In this document: positions 1-9,979 of the stretch, in pieces
Numbering within the stretch: the stretch's first letter is position 1
Layout of the letters: each line of letters begins with the position of its first letter
From: Thermoproteota archaeon
GTDB lineage: Archaea; Thermoproteota; EX4484-205; JAAOZP01
NCBI GenBank assembly: GCA_049700215.1
Contig: JBNAVT010000006.1
Location: 21,731 to 85,730 of the forward strand
DNA length: 64,000 nt
Direction of reading: 5' to 3'
Program-made: the position numbers and the translations under genes
Notes under the pieces: model-generated
Told to the model about the DNA's origin: nothing
The model's input: the letters and a program-made list of their open reading frames with translations, nothing else
Databases searched by the model: none

Positions 1-15
1 AAGGGGATTACCGAG

Positions 16-1026
16 ATGGGTCACAGGAAACAAAGTGCTCCGAGACACGGTTCGCTCGCGTTCCGCCCTAGAGCACGGTTTAAACGGCTAACCCCCCGGA
101 TAAGGTTCTGGCCTGAGGTTGACGGTGAAACAAGGCTTCTAGGCTTCGCCGGCTACCGGGTGGGGATGACTCACGGCTTCACGATAGACACTTCCGAGTC
201 CTCGCCATTCAGGGGGAAGGAGGTTTTCACGCCGATCACGATTATTGAAACACCCCCTTTGAGCATCGTCGGAGTAAGGCTCTACGGCAACAGTCCCCAA
301 GGCCTCAAAGTAGTATGGGAGGGGTGGGCGAAAACCGTTCCTGAGAACCTTAAGAGGAGGATAAACTCGCTGGGTAACCGTAAGGAGGCGGCTGATCCAC
401 GAGTTCCCGAGGGCGTTGCTGAGAAGACAAAGGAGGTCAGGGTCATAGCGGCGACGCAGCCACATCTCGCCGGCCTGGGGAAGAAGACGCCTGAGGTTTT
501 TGAAATAGGCGTCGGCGGGGGGAGCGTGGGTGAGAGGATAGGCTACGCCATGTCGCTGCTCGGCAGGGAGGTTTACGCGAAGGATGTTCTGGAAGAAGGT
601 GCCTACGTTGATGTTTTCGCAGTAACCAAGGGGAAGGGTTTCCAGGGTGTTGTTAAAAGGTTCCGGGTTAAGATTCTCGACAGGAAGAGTAACAAGACGA
701 GGAGGGGTGTTGCCACACTGGGCCCGTGGAAGCCTGCTGGAGTAATGTACACGGTGCCGAGGCCCGGTCAAATGGGATACATGCAGAGGCTTGTCAGAAA
801 CCTGCAAGTCCTCAAGATTGTCGAGAGCCCCGGCGAGATTAATCCCGCCGGAGGGTTCCACAAGTACGGCGTTTTAAGGAGCTCCGCGGTTATTCTGAAC
901 GGGAGTGTCCCCGGCACGCCTAAGCGGCTTGTTAAAATAAGGGTTTCAGCCAGGAAGCTCGGCGAGAAGCCGAAGCAGCCGCCTGTTTTAACCCATGTCA
1001 ACATCAGGAGGAGTGTTGCAGCATGA
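16..1026 (+). CDS. rpl3: 50S ribosomal protein L3 (uL3), archaeal type
   Basis: N-terminal PRHGSLAFRPR, VTKGKGFQGVVKRF and VPRPGQMGY motifs; first gene of the L3-L4-L23-L2 cluster. Confidence 0.98.
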   Translation: MGHRKQSAPRHGSLAFRPRARFKRLTPRIRFWPEVDGETRLLGFAGYRVGMTHGFTIDTSESSPFRGKEVFTPITIIETPPLSIVGVRLYGNSPQGLKVVWEGWAKTVPENLKRRINSLGNRKEAADPRVPEGVAEKTKEVRVIAATQPHLAGLGKKTPEVFEIGVGGGSVGERIGYAMSLLGREVYAKDVLEEGAYVDVFAVTKGKGFQGVVKRFRVKILDRKSNKTRRGVATLGPWKPAGVMYTVPRPGQMGYMQRLVRNLQVLKIVESPGEINPAGGFHKYGVLRSSAVILNGSVPGTPKRLVKIRVSARKLGEKPKQPPVLTHVNIRRSVAA

Positions 1027-1820
1027 TGAGCCTGGAGCAGGTTAGAGTCAGGGTTCTGAACGAGAACGGTGAGGAGGATGGTGAAGCCTCAATACCGGGG
1101 TTTATCCTCCAGACTGAGGTTGAGGAGCATCTTGTGAGGAGAGCCTTCCTGGCGGCTCAGTCGAGAAGACTCCAGCCACAGGGCAGGGACACGATGGCTG
1201 GCAAGAGGACCACTGCTGAAAGCTGGGGAGTCGGCTACGGCATAGCTAGGGTGCCGAGGACTGAGAGGGGGGTTGCGAGGCTCGCCCCGATGACTGTTAA
1301 AGGCAGGGTTACGCACCCGCCGCGTGTCGAGAAGAAGATTAGGAAGGAGATAAACAGGAAGGAGTATAGGAAGGCCTTCGCCTCAGCACTGTCAGCAGTC
1401 TTCAAGAAGGAGGTTGTTGAGAAGAGGGGTCACAGGCCCGGCTCAGCAAGCATCCCAATAGTCTTCACGAAGGAGTTTGAAAACATTTCTAAGACGCGCG
1501 AGCTCGTCACGCTTCTTGAGAAAATAGGCTTGGCTCAGGAGCTTGAAAGAATCTACGGCAGGCCGAGAGTCAGGTGTGGAAAATCAAGGTGGAGGGGTAG
1601 GAGGCTCAGGAGGAGAGTCGGCCCCCTGATAGTCGTCTCAAACCATGGGACCAGCGTTGTTAAAGCAGCCTCGGGAATACCCGGGGTGGATGTGAAAACC
1701 CCTGAGAAGCTTTCAATAATGGATCTCGCGCCGGGGGGAGTACCTGGGAGGCTGACCATATGGACGCTCCCAGCCTTCGAGAAGATTGTTGAAAGGGTGA
1801 GAAAATATGTCGCAGAGTAG
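1023..1820 (+). CDS. rpl4: 50S ribosomal protein L4 (uL4)
   Basis: AGKRTTAESWGVGYGIARVPR and DLAPGGVPGRLTIWT motifs. Confidence 0.98.
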   Translation: MMSLEQVRVRVLNENGEEDGEASIPGFILQTEVEEHLVRRAFLAAQSRRLQPQGRDTMAGKRTTAESWGVGYGIARVPRTERGVARLAPMTVKGRVTHPPRVEKKIRKEINRKEYRKAFASALSAVFKKEVVEKRGHRPGSASIPIVFTKEFENISKTRELVTLLEKIGLAQELERIYGRPRVRCGKSRWRGRRLRRRVGPLIVVSNHGTSVVKAASGIPGVDVKTPEKLSIMDLAPGGVPGRLTIWTLPAFEKIVERVRKYVAE

Positions 1821-2067
1821 CATCATACTCAGGCCGGTTTCAACGGAAAAGTCCTTCAGGCTCATCGAGAGAGAGAACAAGCTGATTTTCATAGTGGACC
1901 CCAAGGCGGATAAAAACAGTGTTAAAGAGGCTGTTGAGAAGACTTTCAACGTTAAGGTTGAGAAAGTCAACATTATAAGAAGCATAACCGGTGAGAAGAA
2001 GGCTGTGGTTAAGCTGGCTAAAGAATACAGCGCGATGGACCTTGCAAGCAAGCTTAAAATAGTATAG
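1807..2067 (+). CDS. rpl23: 50S ribosomal protein L23 (uL23)
   Basis: IILRPVSTEKS...ENKLIFIVD...KKAVVKL; operon position. Confidence 0.97.
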   Translation: MSQSSIILRPVSTEKSFRLIERENKLIFIVDPKADKNSVKEAVEKTFNVKVEKVNIIRSITGEKKAVVKLAKEYSAMDLASKLKIV

Positions 2068-2083
2068 GGAGGATGATGGTTAA

Positions 2084-2815
2084 ATGGGCAAGAGGCCAAT
2101 AGTAAGGAGGCGTGGCGTATCACCCAACTTCATGGCCCCAACCCACAGAAGAGTCGCACCAGCCAAATACCCAACTCTAGCGAAAGGAGAGAGGCTTGAA
2201 GGAACCCTCGTCGCGCTACACCACGACCCCGGAAGAGGAGTACCGCTCGCGGAAATCAGGCTGGACAACGGGAAAGTCTTCCACACCGTGGCAGTAGAAT
2301 CAATGTACGTCGGCCAGAGAATATCAATAGGACCTGGAAGCCCACTAGCAGTGGGAAACATAATCCCGCTCGGCGAAGCACCCGAAGGAATAATGCTCTC
2401 AAACATCGAGCGCAAACCCTCAGACGGCGGCGCGCTCTTTAGATCCTCAGGCAACTACGCAGTCCTCGTCGGAAAAACAAACGGAACAGCAATCCTACAA
2501 GACCCCAAAGCAAGAACATTCATCGTAGACGCAAACTCCCTCGGAACAATCGGAGTGACAGCGGGAGGAGGAAGAACAGAAAAACCATTCCTCAAAGCAG
2601 GAACAAAACGCAAACTCATGAAAAGCAAAGGAAGACGCTACCCAATAGTAAGAGGAGTAGCAATGATAAGTGTGTATCATCCCCACGGGGGAGGAAGACA
2701 TCAGGGTCCGGGTCGCTCTACTTCGGTTAGTCGTAATGCTCCGCCTGGTGCTAAGGTTGGTTTGATCGCTCCGAGGAAGACCGGTAGGAAGAAAGCTAGA
2801 AGAGTATCCGGATAA
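2084..2815 (+). CDS. rpl2: 50S ribosomal protein L2 (uL2)
   Basis: HDPGRGVPLA, VRGVAM..HPHGGG, PPGAKVGLIAPRKTGR motifs; GGAGG RBS upstream. Confidence 0.98.
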   Translation: MGKRPIVRRRGVSPNFMAPTHRRVAPAKYPTLAKGERLEGTLVALHHDPGRGVPLAEIRLDNGKVFHTVAVESMYVGQRISIGPGSPLAVGNIIPLGEAPEGIMLSNIERKPSDGGALFRSSGNYAVLVGKTNGTAILQDPKARTFIVDANSLGTIGVTAGGGRTEKPFLKAGTKRKLMKSKGRRYPIVRGVAMISVYHPHGGGRHQGPGRSTSVSRNAPPGAKVGLIAPRKTGRKKARRVSG

Positions 2816-2892
2816 ACATATTTAGAAATCTAGTGGCAGGAACGCGTATGCTATATTTATCAAGAAACTTGTTACTCAATAGAACCAGATAA

Positions 2893-2902
2893 AGCGCGCG
2901 CT
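2893..2902. repeat. AG(CG)nCT palindromic junction motif (AGCGCGCGCT) at the left edge of the accessory region; a 12-mer copy follows at 2966-2977
   Basis: Read directly; exact copies also at 9573, 18333, 31113, 50061. Confidence 0.8.
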
Positions 2903-2932
2903 AAAGAGGTAGCCGAGATACGTGGAAATAGA

Positions 2933-4770
2933 GTGGTGAACAATGTAGATAAAGTTGCATTCATAAGCGCGCGCGCTGCTGAGAATGGGCTTATGCTTTT
3001 CGAAACCTACCTTGACGCTAGGAAAGATTATGGTAAGGAGATTGCTGACACCTTTTTAAACAGCGTCGCTAAGCATCCTGAGCTGTTAAGCCTCTGGAGC
3101 GGAGCCGTGGAGGGCGGGGTCGCAATATTCATCGGAGCATCCCATGAACCGGATAGGATATCTTTACCCGAGGGTATTCGCGAGAGTGTTTACCGCGTCA
3201 TCATACAGGATTCCGAGGGCGAGAACATCCTGATAGACGGCTTCAGGAGGATCGGCAGCGGGCAGGAGACAATCCGCTTCTCCTCTGAGGACACTGCCGG
3301 CAGGATAAGGGGAGGCGAGAAATACCTGGTTATTCTTAAGGCTGCAACCCCGGGTGACTTTCTCGAGAAATACCCGTCGAGGTTCGTTGAGGCAGCTGGT
3401 GGAAACGCCTATCTGGTGGATACTGAGAAAAGCAGGGTCGTCGAGGGATTGGTTGGGGAGCTGGATGAGTACGGGGGCTTCGCTTTCATCAGGTTCATGG
3501 TTACGGATGCTGACGGAAAACAGGTTGAGCTCAGGCTGACCCAGAGAGGGAGGCTGATGCTGATCTCCGGCGAAGGGAGAACCATGATAGGCGGGGTGGA
3601 GCTGAAAACCGTGTGGGACGATTCTGGAGGCGAGGTGGCTAGGCTCCTGTTCCTGCAGGAGGAGGGCTTAGACAGGTACGGTGGGATAATTGTTCTAAGC
3701 AGGAGGATTCCCTCGAGACCCGTGCTGCTCCTGAGCAACGAGGAGCACGTTATAGAGATAGAGCCAGACCAGAAATACCTTGATGTAAGCGGGATGCTTA
3801 AGAGAATCATTGGTGGCGAAGAATATTTGAGGCTCAGCAGGGAAATGGGCAGCGGGGACGCGGTCCTGGGGGTTGCTTACCTTAAGCAGGATGGTGAAAT
3901 AGATTCCGCGTGGACCCAGAGCGCTGACGCGGAGTTCAAGATTAAGGAGGCTGAGGACGTGCTCAGCCTAATTATCGTAAGGAAGAACGGGCTTAGCGCG
4001 GTGAGCCCAGACGGGGGTGTTAGAGCAGAGCTTTCCGGAGAGTACTTAAAGTTTTACGGCGTCAAGGGGATGGGCGAGGGAGCCGCGTTCAGGGTGAGCG
4101 AAGCGGGTACGGCCGATTCTCGAGATGACTCTGCCGAGCGGCGAGGCAATCCTGTTCCGAGTTGACGTAGCCGGAGACGGTAAAACAGTATCCTCGAAGC
4201 TGGCCTTAGCAGTAGAAAGGTATGCGCCTGATATAAACCTGGTTGAATACTACGGCGAGCTAAAGATTATGCTGAGCGAGCGGTCAAGCGTTCGAGTATA
4301 CTCTGAGAGACTTGATGGTCGTCGAGTATGAGGACAGCAGGGGAGTCCATAGAACTGCGGTTGGCTTAAGCGAACCCCTCCCGGATAAAGTGTTGAAGGA
4401 ACCTCAACACGTCGCCACTAAGCTGTTCACGAAAAGCCTCTTAGAAAAACTGGGATATAGGATTCTGGAGGAGGAAAAACACTTTGAATGGCAAGGTGAG
4501 GATGTATTCTTTGATTTTCATGCAGAAAAACCGGATGAAAAAGTGGCAGTAGTCGAATGTAAGCATGGTGATGAAACCGTCAGTAAAATAGATCAAGCCG
4601 ACAAATATTTTAGAATTGCTAGAGAGAACGGTTGGAGGCTGCTTTATAGTTTTCTGAATGCTCCTCAAACCTCTGAAGCTAAAGAGTTACTTAACCACTT
4701 AATTGAGCTTATGAGGCAGTATCCAGACACAGTGGAGGTTTTTATAAGTGGAGAGAAATATGGGAGGTAG
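2933..4770 (+). pseudogene. Frameshifted large protein ending in a PD-(D/E)xK nuclease domain; polymorphic-toxin-like
   Basis: Three overlapping ORFs (2933-4165, 4125-4331, 4312-4770) join through frameshifts near 4105-4125 and 4305-4312; last segment has FDFHAEK...VVECKHG. Confidence 0.6.
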
Positions 4771-4776
4771 GGAAGA

Positions 4777-5246
4777 ATGACTGAATACTGGATGGTGGTC
4801 AAGCCCGCGTCAAAAACCCCGAGAAAGATAAGAGAAAGGCTAAGAAGGACCCATACGTTTCATACTTGATGAGCAGGGTGGAGGTTTTGATTAGGAAGTG
4901 TCGAGACAACATAAGAGTTAACCCCAAAACCCCTGGGCCGGATTTAAAGATTTTCAGGCCCGTCGAAGTCTTGAATATTGAGGAGGTAAGGAACGAGCTG
5001 GAGGTACTGCTTACTAAAAATCTGTTTTCAAAGGATAATCCTGAGGATAGACGGATAGCGGAGGAAGATATCAAAAGAACTGGTCTGGCCATTGGGGAGG
5101 AAAAGATGGAGCCTGAATAACGTATCGATTCTCGCATCGATTTCATGAATGAGAATGCAAAGGCGTGGGGCAAGTTCTTAAAGGAAGTATATGACATTCA
5201 TAGGCAGTATAATGTTAAAATGTGGTTCCACATCGAGGGTGTATAA
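4777..5246 (+). pseudogene. Disrupted small protein directly after the nuclease domain; candidate immunity gene
   Basis: ATG at 4777, frameshift near 4795 into the 4866-5120 frame, in-frame TAA at 5118, then open reading to TAA at 5244-5246. Confidence 0.45.
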
Positions 5247-5433
5247 GTACGGGGGAGTAAGATAGTAGTATAGGAGTATTGCTCTACTTCTCTTTACTAA
5301 GATTCGTTAAACTCTCATGTCCGCTATATAATTCCGCCTCGCTACCTTCAATTCTCTTTGTCGAGATAACTACCTTAGCGTGCACCACATAAGCCCGATG
5401 CTACAAAGTCTCATAGCGTCGTTAGGCCAAGTA

Positions 5434-5883
5434 CTAACGCAGCAGGACGCTGTCAACCCCTTCTTTGACGGCTATTTCATGCACCTTCTCATCCCCCGTG
5501 TACAGCGTATCGGCTTCGACATGTTTCGCCGTAACCACTTGCAGCGCATCCGCCTCGCAAACATGGTACTCCTCTATAAGCCGCCAAGCCTGAGCTAGAA
5601 GCCTAGCTTTTAATGGGACAACAGTCAGCAGCCTCAGCCTAAGAAGCCTCAGTGTTTCGCCGATGAATTGGCTTCTAGCAGACGAATACCCCTGAGCATC
5701 AAGCCACCCCCTCTTATTGTACCTGTCAAGCACTCCCAGGACTTCACCTATGTTCCAGGAGGAGAACGAAACTGCAAGCTTCCCGATTAAAGCTCCCTCA
5801 TAGACTTTGCTAACCTCCTCGCTACCCGCTTCCTGCACATATCGTTTCACGGTTGCGCTTGAATCCAAGTAAACCACCAGCAC
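5434..5883 (-). CDS. vapC: VapC-family PIN-domain toxin
   Basis: VYLDSSATVKRY..E N-terminus, E at WNIGEV, ADALQV, LYTGDE acidic residues. Confidence 0.9.
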   Translation of the reverse strand: MLVVYLDSSATVKRYVQEAGSEEVSKVYEGALIGKLAVSFSSWNIGEVLGVLDRYNKRGWLDAQGYSSARSQFIGETLRLLRLRLLTVVPLKARLLAQAWRLIEEYHVCEADALQVVTAKHVEADTLYTGDEKVHEIAVKEGVDSVLLR

Positions 5884-5887
5884 AGCT

Positions 5888-6163
5888 CTATAACCCCCTG
5901 GTTTCCCTGAGCTCTCTCAACACCCTACCTGCATCCACTGGCACTAGAGGCCTAACAGGAGTAACCGTCAACGGCGACTCTACACAAGCGCCAAGCATCT
6001 TAGAAAGCTCTTCTGCAAACACTAAATCAACCACTTCCTCCTCAATCGCCTCCTCCACTGCCCGGCTCAGAGCCCTCAACCTTCCGCCCCCTCCAATCCT
6101 AGACTTGAACTCTTCCCACAATCTTCGATCGATGAGTATGCTTGTCTTCACCTTATCCCTCAA
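5888..6163 (-). CDS. Ribbon-helix-helix antitoxin (VapB-like)
   Basis: KVKTSILIDRRLWEEFK RHH start; directly upstream of the PIN gene. Confidence 0.8.
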   Translation of the reverse strand: MRDKVKTSILIDRRLWEEFKSRIGGGGRLRALSRAVEEAIEEEVVDLVFAEELSKMLGACVESPLTVTPVRPLVPVDAGRVLRELRETRGL

Positions 6164-6336
6164 TACCTTTCACCCTAATTACTCCATGGAGTAATACTTC
6201 TTTATAAGCCTTGCATCGTTAAACCATCTCATTAACAACACCAGTGGCGTGTGCTGAAATTAGTGAAACTTGCTGCACACTGATCTGTAGGAGGGTTTAT
6301 AAAGGGTGGTGGAAAACCAGGCTTATTTTCCTCCTC

Positions 6337-6735
6337 TTATTTTGTTACGTATTTTCTAGCAATTCCTTTAAGTTCATCATCGAATGTTAAAATCTCCGCT
6401 TTGTTGTTTTTAGCAATAGCTAGAAGCAGGCAATCATTAAAGGCACTTGCAGGCATCTTTTCCCTCTTCATAATTAGGAGAGCAAGCTTTACATCATCTT
6501 CTGTCTCGCAGTAAAAATTTACTCTAGCGTCAGAACGATACTCGGAAACTTTTTCCACCAGAAAATCCGGCGGGGCCTTCACCCTTTTCAACATTACCCA
6601 AACGTACTCCAGTAAAACAACCCTAGGCAATATTATAGTCTCAGACTCGTCGAAAAGCTTTGTCGCTAGCGTATGCCTCTCCGAATCCTCCAGTGTTTCA
6701 TCCACGAGTATGTTAGTGTCAAAGAGTTGCTTCAT
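6337..6735 (-). CDS. vapC: VapC-family PIN-domain toxin
   Basis: LFDTNILV, VLLEY, FNDCLLLA, ILTFDDEL motifs. Confidence 0.9.
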   Translation of the reverse strand: MKQLFDTNILVDETLEDSERHTLATKLFDESETIILPRVVLLEYVWVMLKRVKAPPDFLVEKVSEYRSDARVNFYCETEDDVKLALLIMKREKMPASAFNDCLLLAIAKNNKAEILTFDDELKGIARKYVTK

Positions 6736-6958
6736 CGAGCGACTCTTCCACCGTTTTCTCGATCTCCTCGACGGAAATCTTGAAGCCCGCCTTATAGGTA
6801 AGCCTTCTCTTCTTTACAGGGAAGAGTAAAAGCTTGTCGTTTTCTAGGACGAACTTAACGAGATCTCCCTCCTTTATGCCCAATAACTCTCTTATCCTGG
6901 AAGGAATGGTGACTTGAAAATTTCTAGTAACCTTGGCGGATTCCTCTACGGGATTCAT
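6719..6958 (-). CDS. AbrB/MazE/SpoVT-family antitoxin
   Basis: KVTRNFQVTIPSRIRELLGIKEGD signature; overlaps the PIN gene start. Confidence 0.9.
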   Translation of the reverse strand: MNPVEESAKVTRNFQVTIPSRIRELLGIKEGDLVKFVLENDKLLLFPVKKRRLTYKAGFKISVEEIEKTVEESLDEATL

Positions 6959-6997
6959 AGTAAAAAATTGGTATTAGTAGCATATAAATTTTTCTAG

Positions 6998-7007
6998 TAG
7001 CGCGCTA
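6998..7007. repeat. Palindromic junction motif TAGCGCGCTA just outside the AbrB-VapC promoter
   Basis: Read directly; a minus-strand TTTATA box lies at about 6983-6988. Confidence 0.65.
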
Positions 7008-7128
7008 AAATGCTTTTTCAATTCTCTTTACCAAGACTTTATAGAACAGAGCTTTACGCTCAGCCTGTCTTCCACAAACCTTCTGAAAGACGACTCCATT
7101 ATCCGCGCGAAGTTTCGCAGAGCTGGCT

Positions 7129-8040
7129 TCAGGTTTCAAACAACCCTGTGCTTAAATACTTCTCGCCGCTATCTGGCAGAACCGCGACTATTATCCTACC
7201 TTCCCCCAGCTCCCTCGCCTTTCTCAGCGCCACAAACATAATGGTCCCGGAACTCATCCCGATTAACAACCCCTCTTTCCTAGCTATTTCCCTAGCGACT
7301 CTGAAAACCTCCTTCTTATCCTCCTCTCCAATCTCAACTATCTCGTCGAACCATTCCTTCCTGAAAAGCTGAGTTGGATATTGCTCACCCGGGTTTCTCA
7401 ATCCTTGAATGCTTACACCAAGCCTTGGGGTGACGCCAACCACCTTTATCCCGGGGTTAAACTTTTTCACCCGCATCGACACTCCAACCCCGGTTCCAGC
7501 CGTCCCTATTCCTACCACAACCATATCGACTCTCCCATGGGTCTGCTCAAGGATCTCTCTCCCAGTAGTCTGGTAATGAGCCAAGATGTTTGCAGGATCC
7601 TTAAACTGATCCAGGTCAACGTATTTCTCAGGGTTTTCCCTAAGGATTTTCTGCTTCAACTCTATCGCGCCGCCAGTCCCCTTTTCGCCGGGTGAGAGAA
7701 CTAGGTCTGCGCCGTAAGCCCTTATTATCTTCCTCCTTTCAATGCTCACTGACTCGGGCATTACTATCGTGATCCTGTAGCCCTTGGCTGCTGCAAGCAT
7801 CGCCAGAGCTATCCCAGTGTTCCCGGAGGTCGCTTCAAGAATAATCTTGTCCCTGCTGAGCCTTCCCGAGGATTCCGCATACTCCATGAGGTAGAGCGCC
7901 ATCCTGTCTTTAACCGACCCGCCTATGTTGTACCATTCCAGCTTAGCGTATACCGTCGCGTCTCCAGGCTGAGTAAGCTTGTTTATCCTGACCATGGGGG
8001 TCCTCCCTATTAGGCCGGTGATGTCGCTTGCAACCTTCAT
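7129..8040 (-). CDS. PLP-dependent cysteine synthase family protein (CysK/CysM)
   Basis: GSVKDR PLP lysine, EATSGNTG, GIGTAGT, PDSGEKYLST. Confidence 0.93.
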   Translation of the reverse strand: MKVASDITGLIGRTPMVRINKLTQPGDATVYAKLEWYNIGGSVKDRMALYLMEYAESSGRLSRDKIILEATSGNTGIALAMLAAAKGYRITIVMPESVSIERRKIIRAYGADLVLSPGEKGTGGAIELKQKILRENPEKYVDLDQFKDPANILAHYQTTGREILEQTHGRVDMVVVGIGTAGTGVGVSMRVKKFNPGIKVVGVTPRLGVSIQGLRNPGEQYPTQLFRKEWFDEIVEIGEEDKKEVFRVAREIARKEGLLIGMSSGTIMFVALRKARELGEGRIIVAVLPDSGEKYLSTGLFET

Positions 8041-8284
8041 TTCTTGTAAAAGGCAGCTTTTATAATAGGGTTATATTAAGCTTTCCCACGAACAGTTAGG
8101 CGCTACTGGTTATTTTTTCTCCGGTTATTGAATATTGTGCTAATAAACCAATTGACGGTTTTAGCGCGCGAAGATTCTAGCATCAATTCTGTTTAAGATG
8201 CTTATTATCCTCTAACGATTCTTAGCAAATCCCACTTTACATCAAACTTTTGCGGTAAGTCCTGTCCATGTTTTTGATGCAGCC

Positions 8285-8296
8285 AGCGCGCGCGCT
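8285..8296. repeat. Palindromic junction motif AGCGCGCGCGCT overlapping the stop codon of 8295-8918; TAGCGCGCGA also at 8162-8171
   Basis: Read directly. Confidence 0.75.
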
Positions 8297-8918
8297 ATTT
8301 TTGAGAACTGATTTCCCTTAAGATCTTATCCTTAATCTTTCTGACTTCCCTGAGGTTTTTTATGCCGAGATACTCGAACTCGATCCTAGCAGACCTTATG
8401 ATCTCCAACAGCCTTCTTTCATACTCCTCAACTCTAAACTTTCTAACCAACTGTTTATAATGTTTCCAACTCACCTTACCGCTTTTAGCTAGGCAGATTA
8501 TGTCCACTCTGTCTTTCTGCCCCTTTACGCTGTTCCTTCTTTGCAGCTCAGCCTGCTGCTTCAATATTAGCAGTATCTCAGGCTTGGGAATCCTAAAATT
8601 TTCGATTCTAACCGTGTTTTGGAGGATCTCCTCTGGTGGAATAGTGAATTCCGAATAATATGGAACATAAATGTCTATAGATACTCCCTCCACTTCAGCC
8701 TGGTATTTTTTCAGAGACTCGTTCTTTTGAATTCCGATGCTTGTTTTAAGCCTGGTTAAATCCTTGAAATCAACTATGATGTCTACATCCTTGGATTTTA
8801 TGGCTTTCGTCAAAAAGTAGACGGCCCATCCGCCTATCAAAACGAAATCGATTTCCCTCCTTAGCTCCTGCAGTATTTTGAAGCTTCTGTCTATTGCTAT
8901 CTCATTCCAGAACTCCAT
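8295..8918 (-). CDS. Pol-beta-type nucleotidyltransferase (AbiEii-like toxin)
   Basis: FVLIGGWAV...SKDVD motif and C-terminal KDRVD, typical of AbiEii-type NTases. Confidence 0.7.
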   Translation of the reverse strand: MEFWNEIAIDRSFKILQELRREIDFVLIGGWAVYFLTKAIKSKDVDIIVDFKDLTRLKTSIGIQKNESLKKYQAEVEGVSIDIYVPYYSEFTIPPEEILQNTVRIENFRIPKPEILLILKQQAELQRRNSVKGQKDRVDIICLAKSGKVSWKHYKQLVRKFRVEEYERRLLEIIRSARIEFEYLGIKNLREVRKIKDKILREISSQK

Positions 8919-9489
8919 CTATAATCTCCTCTATTTCCCTAAGAAAATCCTTAGCATACCAAGACCTCAGGTTCCACAGGTCGACAAAGATCTGAGCAAT
9001 TGGAGCAATCTTAAACCTCAATAGATGCTCATCAAGATTTAAAACTATCAGGTTCGGCTTTAACCGCGTGTTCTCTTTCCCAAATCTTCTTTCAAAATCA
9101 CGCGCCACACCATAGACAACGACCTCACTGTACTCCGAGGGAACTCTTTTAAACCTGAATTTGAAAGCCGAGTACGCGGTGAAAACAGAATTCGCAGGAA
9201 CCTCGCTTTCGATTCTATCAACAGGCTCCTCAACATAGGTTTGATAAACAATCTCTTTCTCCAACCCTCTGACAGACGCCCAATAAAGCAAGATCTTCTT
9301 CGGATCCAGCACGGTAAAGCCAAGCCTCTTTTTCTCCAGAGCGTTCATTCGTTCCAACGGTCTTAGAGCATAGTTTACAGTGCTCAAGGACAGTTTACAG
9401 ACCCTGCTAAGCTCAAGCTGCTTGAAGACTCTGTTTCTTTCTTCAAGCACGCCATACAGGATTTCCCTATAAACACGTTCCTTTTTCAT
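8902..9489 (-). CDS. Winged-helix protein, AbiEi-like antitoxin/regulator
   Basis: N-terminal HTH (QLELSRVCKLSLSTVNYAL), C-terminal QIFVDLWNL; overlaps the NTase gene. Confidence 0.65.
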   Translation of the reverse strand: MKKERVYREILYGVLEERNRVFKQLELSRVCKLSLSTVNYALRPLERMNALEKKRLGFTVLDPKKILLYWASVRGLEKEIVYQTYVEEPVDRIESEVPANSVFTAYSAFKFRFKRVPSEYSEVVVYGVARDFERRFGKENTRLKPNLIVLNLDEHLLRFKIAPIAQIFVDLWNLRSWYAKDFLREIEEIIDGVLE

Positions 9490-9572
9490 ATTTCTGTTCT
9501 AAATGTATTTTCTTTATAAAGCTTTCGACAAAATTCGAAAATACTATGGAAACATTATTTTAAACGACAAGG

Positions 9573-9582
9573 AGCGCGCGCT
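9573..9582. repeat. Palindromic junction motif AGCGCGCGCT upstream of the AbiE-like pair; shorter copies at 9826-9833 and 9957-9964
   Basis: Read directly. Confidence 0.75.
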
Positions 9583-9979
9583 AGAGTTATTTTAGTTACG
9601 TATGCTTCTGAAGCTGCTGACGAACCGGTTCTCAGGAAGGCAGTGGGAAAATTCGGATTATCGCCTAGCCTACTTAAAAGACTCGTTTCTACGACTTTTT
9701 TACGATGTTATTTTCACTCAGAAGACTGCTAGGCAGAAGATCTTCCTGCCTCTCAAACACATCGCGGCGAAAACTGTTTATCGACTTGAATAAACTGCTT
9801 GTAAAACATTCCTCCTATGAACCCCCGCGCGCTGAAGGAAGCTCTTGGTACGGTTGAGGGCGAACCCACGGTAATCCTTTAAGTTTCGTCGATCCCGGGG
9901 AAAAGACCCGAGATGCAGGGTGGACAAATACATGATTTTCATAACCTTAAAAAGGCAGCGCGCACGGCACTAATTAAAA

